The translations under genes were made by a program, and so were the position numbers. From NCBI GenBank assembly GCA_965116205.1, contig OZ220493.1, forward strand, positions 1,412,510-1,476,509: a stretch of DNA of 64,000 nt. The letters are read 5' to 3'. This document shows positions 53,301 through 56,300 of this stretch, piece after piece. The notes under the pieces are model-generated. The model worked only from the letters and a program-made list of their open reading frames with translations, did no database searches and was not told where the DNA came from. This stretch comes from Arenicellales bacterium. GTDB taxonomy: Bacteria; Pseudomonadota; Gammaproteobacteria; Arenicellales; JAJDZL01. Position 1 is the first letter of the stretch. Every line of letters begins with the position of its first letter.

Positions 53301-56300
53301 ACGGTGGCCGAGGCGGTGGGCGATGCGACGGTGACGGTGACCACCACGGCGGCGTTCGGTGAATCGGTGACGCTGAATGTCACTTATGGTGGCAGTTCGG
53401 CGACCGGGGCCAGTAATCCGGCGAGTGGCGACTACGACAATGATGCGGTGACCGCGGTGACGTTCGGTGCGGCGGACACCACGAAGGACATTGACATTCC
53501 GATCACCGATGATGATCTGGATGAAGCAGCTGAGACGTTCACGGTGACCATTGCGGCGGCTTCGAGCGGGCTGCCGGCCGGCTGGGCGCTGGGTACCAAG
53601 AAGACCACGGTGACCATCACCGATGACGATGAGTCGCCGGAGCTGGCGGCACTGGACGATGTCACGGTGCAGCTGGGTCAGGCGGTGGATGTGACGGCGG
53701 TGGCGACCGATGGCGATGGCGACACGGTCACTTATGCCTGGACGCGCAAGACCGGGGAAACGGTGCCGGCCATCCCGAACGGTACGACACTGAATGCGGC
53801 GCGGCTGACGTTCACGCCACCGGCGGCGGGCACTTACACGATGACGGTGACGGCGTCCGATGGCAATGACAATACGGACACTGCGGAGGTGACCATTACG
53901 GTGTCGGCGGCGGCCGTGGTGTCGGTGCCGGCGACGCTGACGGTGGCCGAGGCGGTGGGCGATGCGACGGTGACGGTGACCACCACGGCGGCGTTCGGTG
54001 AATCGGTGACGCTGAATGTCACCTATGGTGGCAGTTCGGCGACCGGGGCCAGTAATCCGGCGAGTGGCGACTATGACAATGATGCGGTGACTGCGGTGAC
54101 GTTCGGTGCGGCGGACACCACGAAGGACATTGACATTCCGATTACCGATGATGATCTGGATGAAGCAGCTGAGACGTTCACGGTGACCATTGCGGCGGCT
54201 TCGAGCGGGCTGCCGGCCGGCTGGACGCTGGGCACCAAGAAGACCACGGTGACCATCACCGATGACGATGAGTCGCCGGAGCTGGCGGCACTGGACGATG
54301 TCACGGTGCAGCTGGGTCAGGCGGTGGATGTGACGGCGGTGGCGACCGATGGCGATGGCGACACGGTCACTTATGCCTGGACGCGCAAGACCGGGGAAAC
54401 GGTGCCGGCCATCCCGAACGGCACGGCACTGAATGCGGCGCGGCTGACGTTCACGCCACCGGCGGCGGGCACTTACACGATGACGGTGACGGCGTCCGAT
54501 GGCAATGACAATACGGACACCGCGGAGGTGACCATTACGGTGTCGGCGGCGGCCGTGGTGTCGGTGCCGGCGACGCTGACGGTGGCCGAGGCGGTGGGCG
54601 ATGCGACGGTGACGGTGACCACCACGGCGGCGTTCGGTGAATCGGTGACGCTGAATGTCACTTATGGTGGCAGTTCGGCGACCGGGGCCAGTAATCCGGC
54701 GAGTGGCGACTACGACAATGATGCGGTGACTGCGGTGACGTTCGGTGCGGCGGACACCACGAAGGACATTGACATTCCGATCACCGATGATGATCTGGAT
54801 GAAGCAGCTGAGACGTTCACGGTGACCATTGCGGCGGCTTCGAGCGGGCTGCCGGCCGGCTGGACGCTGGGCACCAAGAAGACCACGGTGACCATCACCG
54901 ATGACGATGAGTCGCCGGAGCTGGCGGCACTGGACGATGTCACGGTGCAGCTGGGTCAGGCGGTGGATGTGACGGCGGCGGCGACCGATGGCGATGGCGA
55001 CACGGTCACTTATGCCTGGACGCGCAAGACCGGGGAAACGGTGCCGGCCATCCCGAACGGCACGGCACTGAATGCGGCGCGGCTGACGTTCACGCCACCG
55101 GCGGCGGGCACTTACACGATGACGGTGACGGCGTCCGATGGCAATGACAATACGGACACTGCGGAGGTGACCATTACGGTGTCGGCGGCGGCCGTGGTGT
55201 CGGTGCCGGCGACGCTGACGGTGGCCGAGGCGGTGGGCGATGCGACGGTGACGGTGACCACCACGGCGGCGTTCGGTGAATCGGTGACGCTGAATGTCAC
55301 TTATGGTGGCAGTTCGGCGACCGGGGCCAGTAATCCGGCGAGTGGCGACTATGACAATGATGCGGTGACTGCGGTGACGTTCGGTGCGGCGGACACCACG
55401 AAGGACATTGACATTCCGATCACCGATGATGATCTGGATGAAGCAGCTGAGACGTTCACGGTGACCATTGCGGCGGCTTCGAGCGGGCTGCCGGCCGGCT
55501 GGACGCTGGGCACCAAGAAGACCACGGTGACCATCACCGATGACGATGAGTCGCCGGAGCTGGCGGCACTGGACGATGTCACGGTGCAGCTGGGTCAGGC
55601 GGTGGATGTGACGGCGGCGGCGACCGATGGCGATGGCGACACGGTCACTTATGCCTGGACGCGCAAGACCGGGGAAACGGTGCCGGCCATCCCGAACGGC
55701 ACGGCACTGAATGCGGCGCGGCTGACGTTCACGCCACCGGCGGCGGGCACTTACACGATGACGGTGACGGCGTCCGATGGCAATGACAATACGGACACTG
55801 CGGAGGTGACCATTACGGTGTCGGCGGCGGCCGTGGTGTCGGTGCCGGCGACGCTGACGGTGGCCGAGGCGGTGGGCGATGCGACGGTGACGGTGACCAC
55901 CACGGCGGCGTTCGGTGAATCGGTGACGCTGAATGTCACTTATGGTGGCAGTTCGGCGACCGGGGCCAGTAATCCGGCGAGTGGCGACTACGACAATGAT
56001 GCGGTGACCGCGGTGACGTTCGGTGCGGCGGACACCACGAAGGACATTGACATTCCGATTACCGATGATGATCTGGATGAAGCAGCTGAGACGTTCACGG
56101 TGACCATTGCGGCGGCTTCGAGCGGGCTGCCGGCCGGCTGGACGCTGGGTACCAAGAAGACCACGGTGACCATCACCGATGATGATGCGGTCGGAGTGAC
56201 GTTATCAGTGACTGAACTGACTGTAGTAGAGGGAAGTGAAAACAGTTACACGGTAGTCTTGAATTCCGAACCGACGGCTGATGTAACCATTGCGATCAGC

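Noticed and set aside
40727-56176. Dozens of long minus-strand ORFs inside the giant gene, for example 45525..46937 (470 aa), 40866..41909 (347 aa), and the repeated 62- and 77-aa ORFs every 639 bp.
   Set aside because: They lie antisense to a continuous, domain-rich ORF. They are low-complexity (Arg- or Ser/Val/Thr-rich) and repeat only because the sense strand repeats. The GC-rich codon bias of the sense strand depletes stop codons on the antisense strand. There is no independent coding evidence.
49158-56186. Whether the regular tandem repeat could be a CRISPR array or a satellite.
   Set aside because: The period is 639 bp with no short repeat/spacer alternation. The array is in frame (213 codons) within a continuous ORF and encodes recognisable Ig-like and Calx-beta-like modules. 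No cas genes are present.
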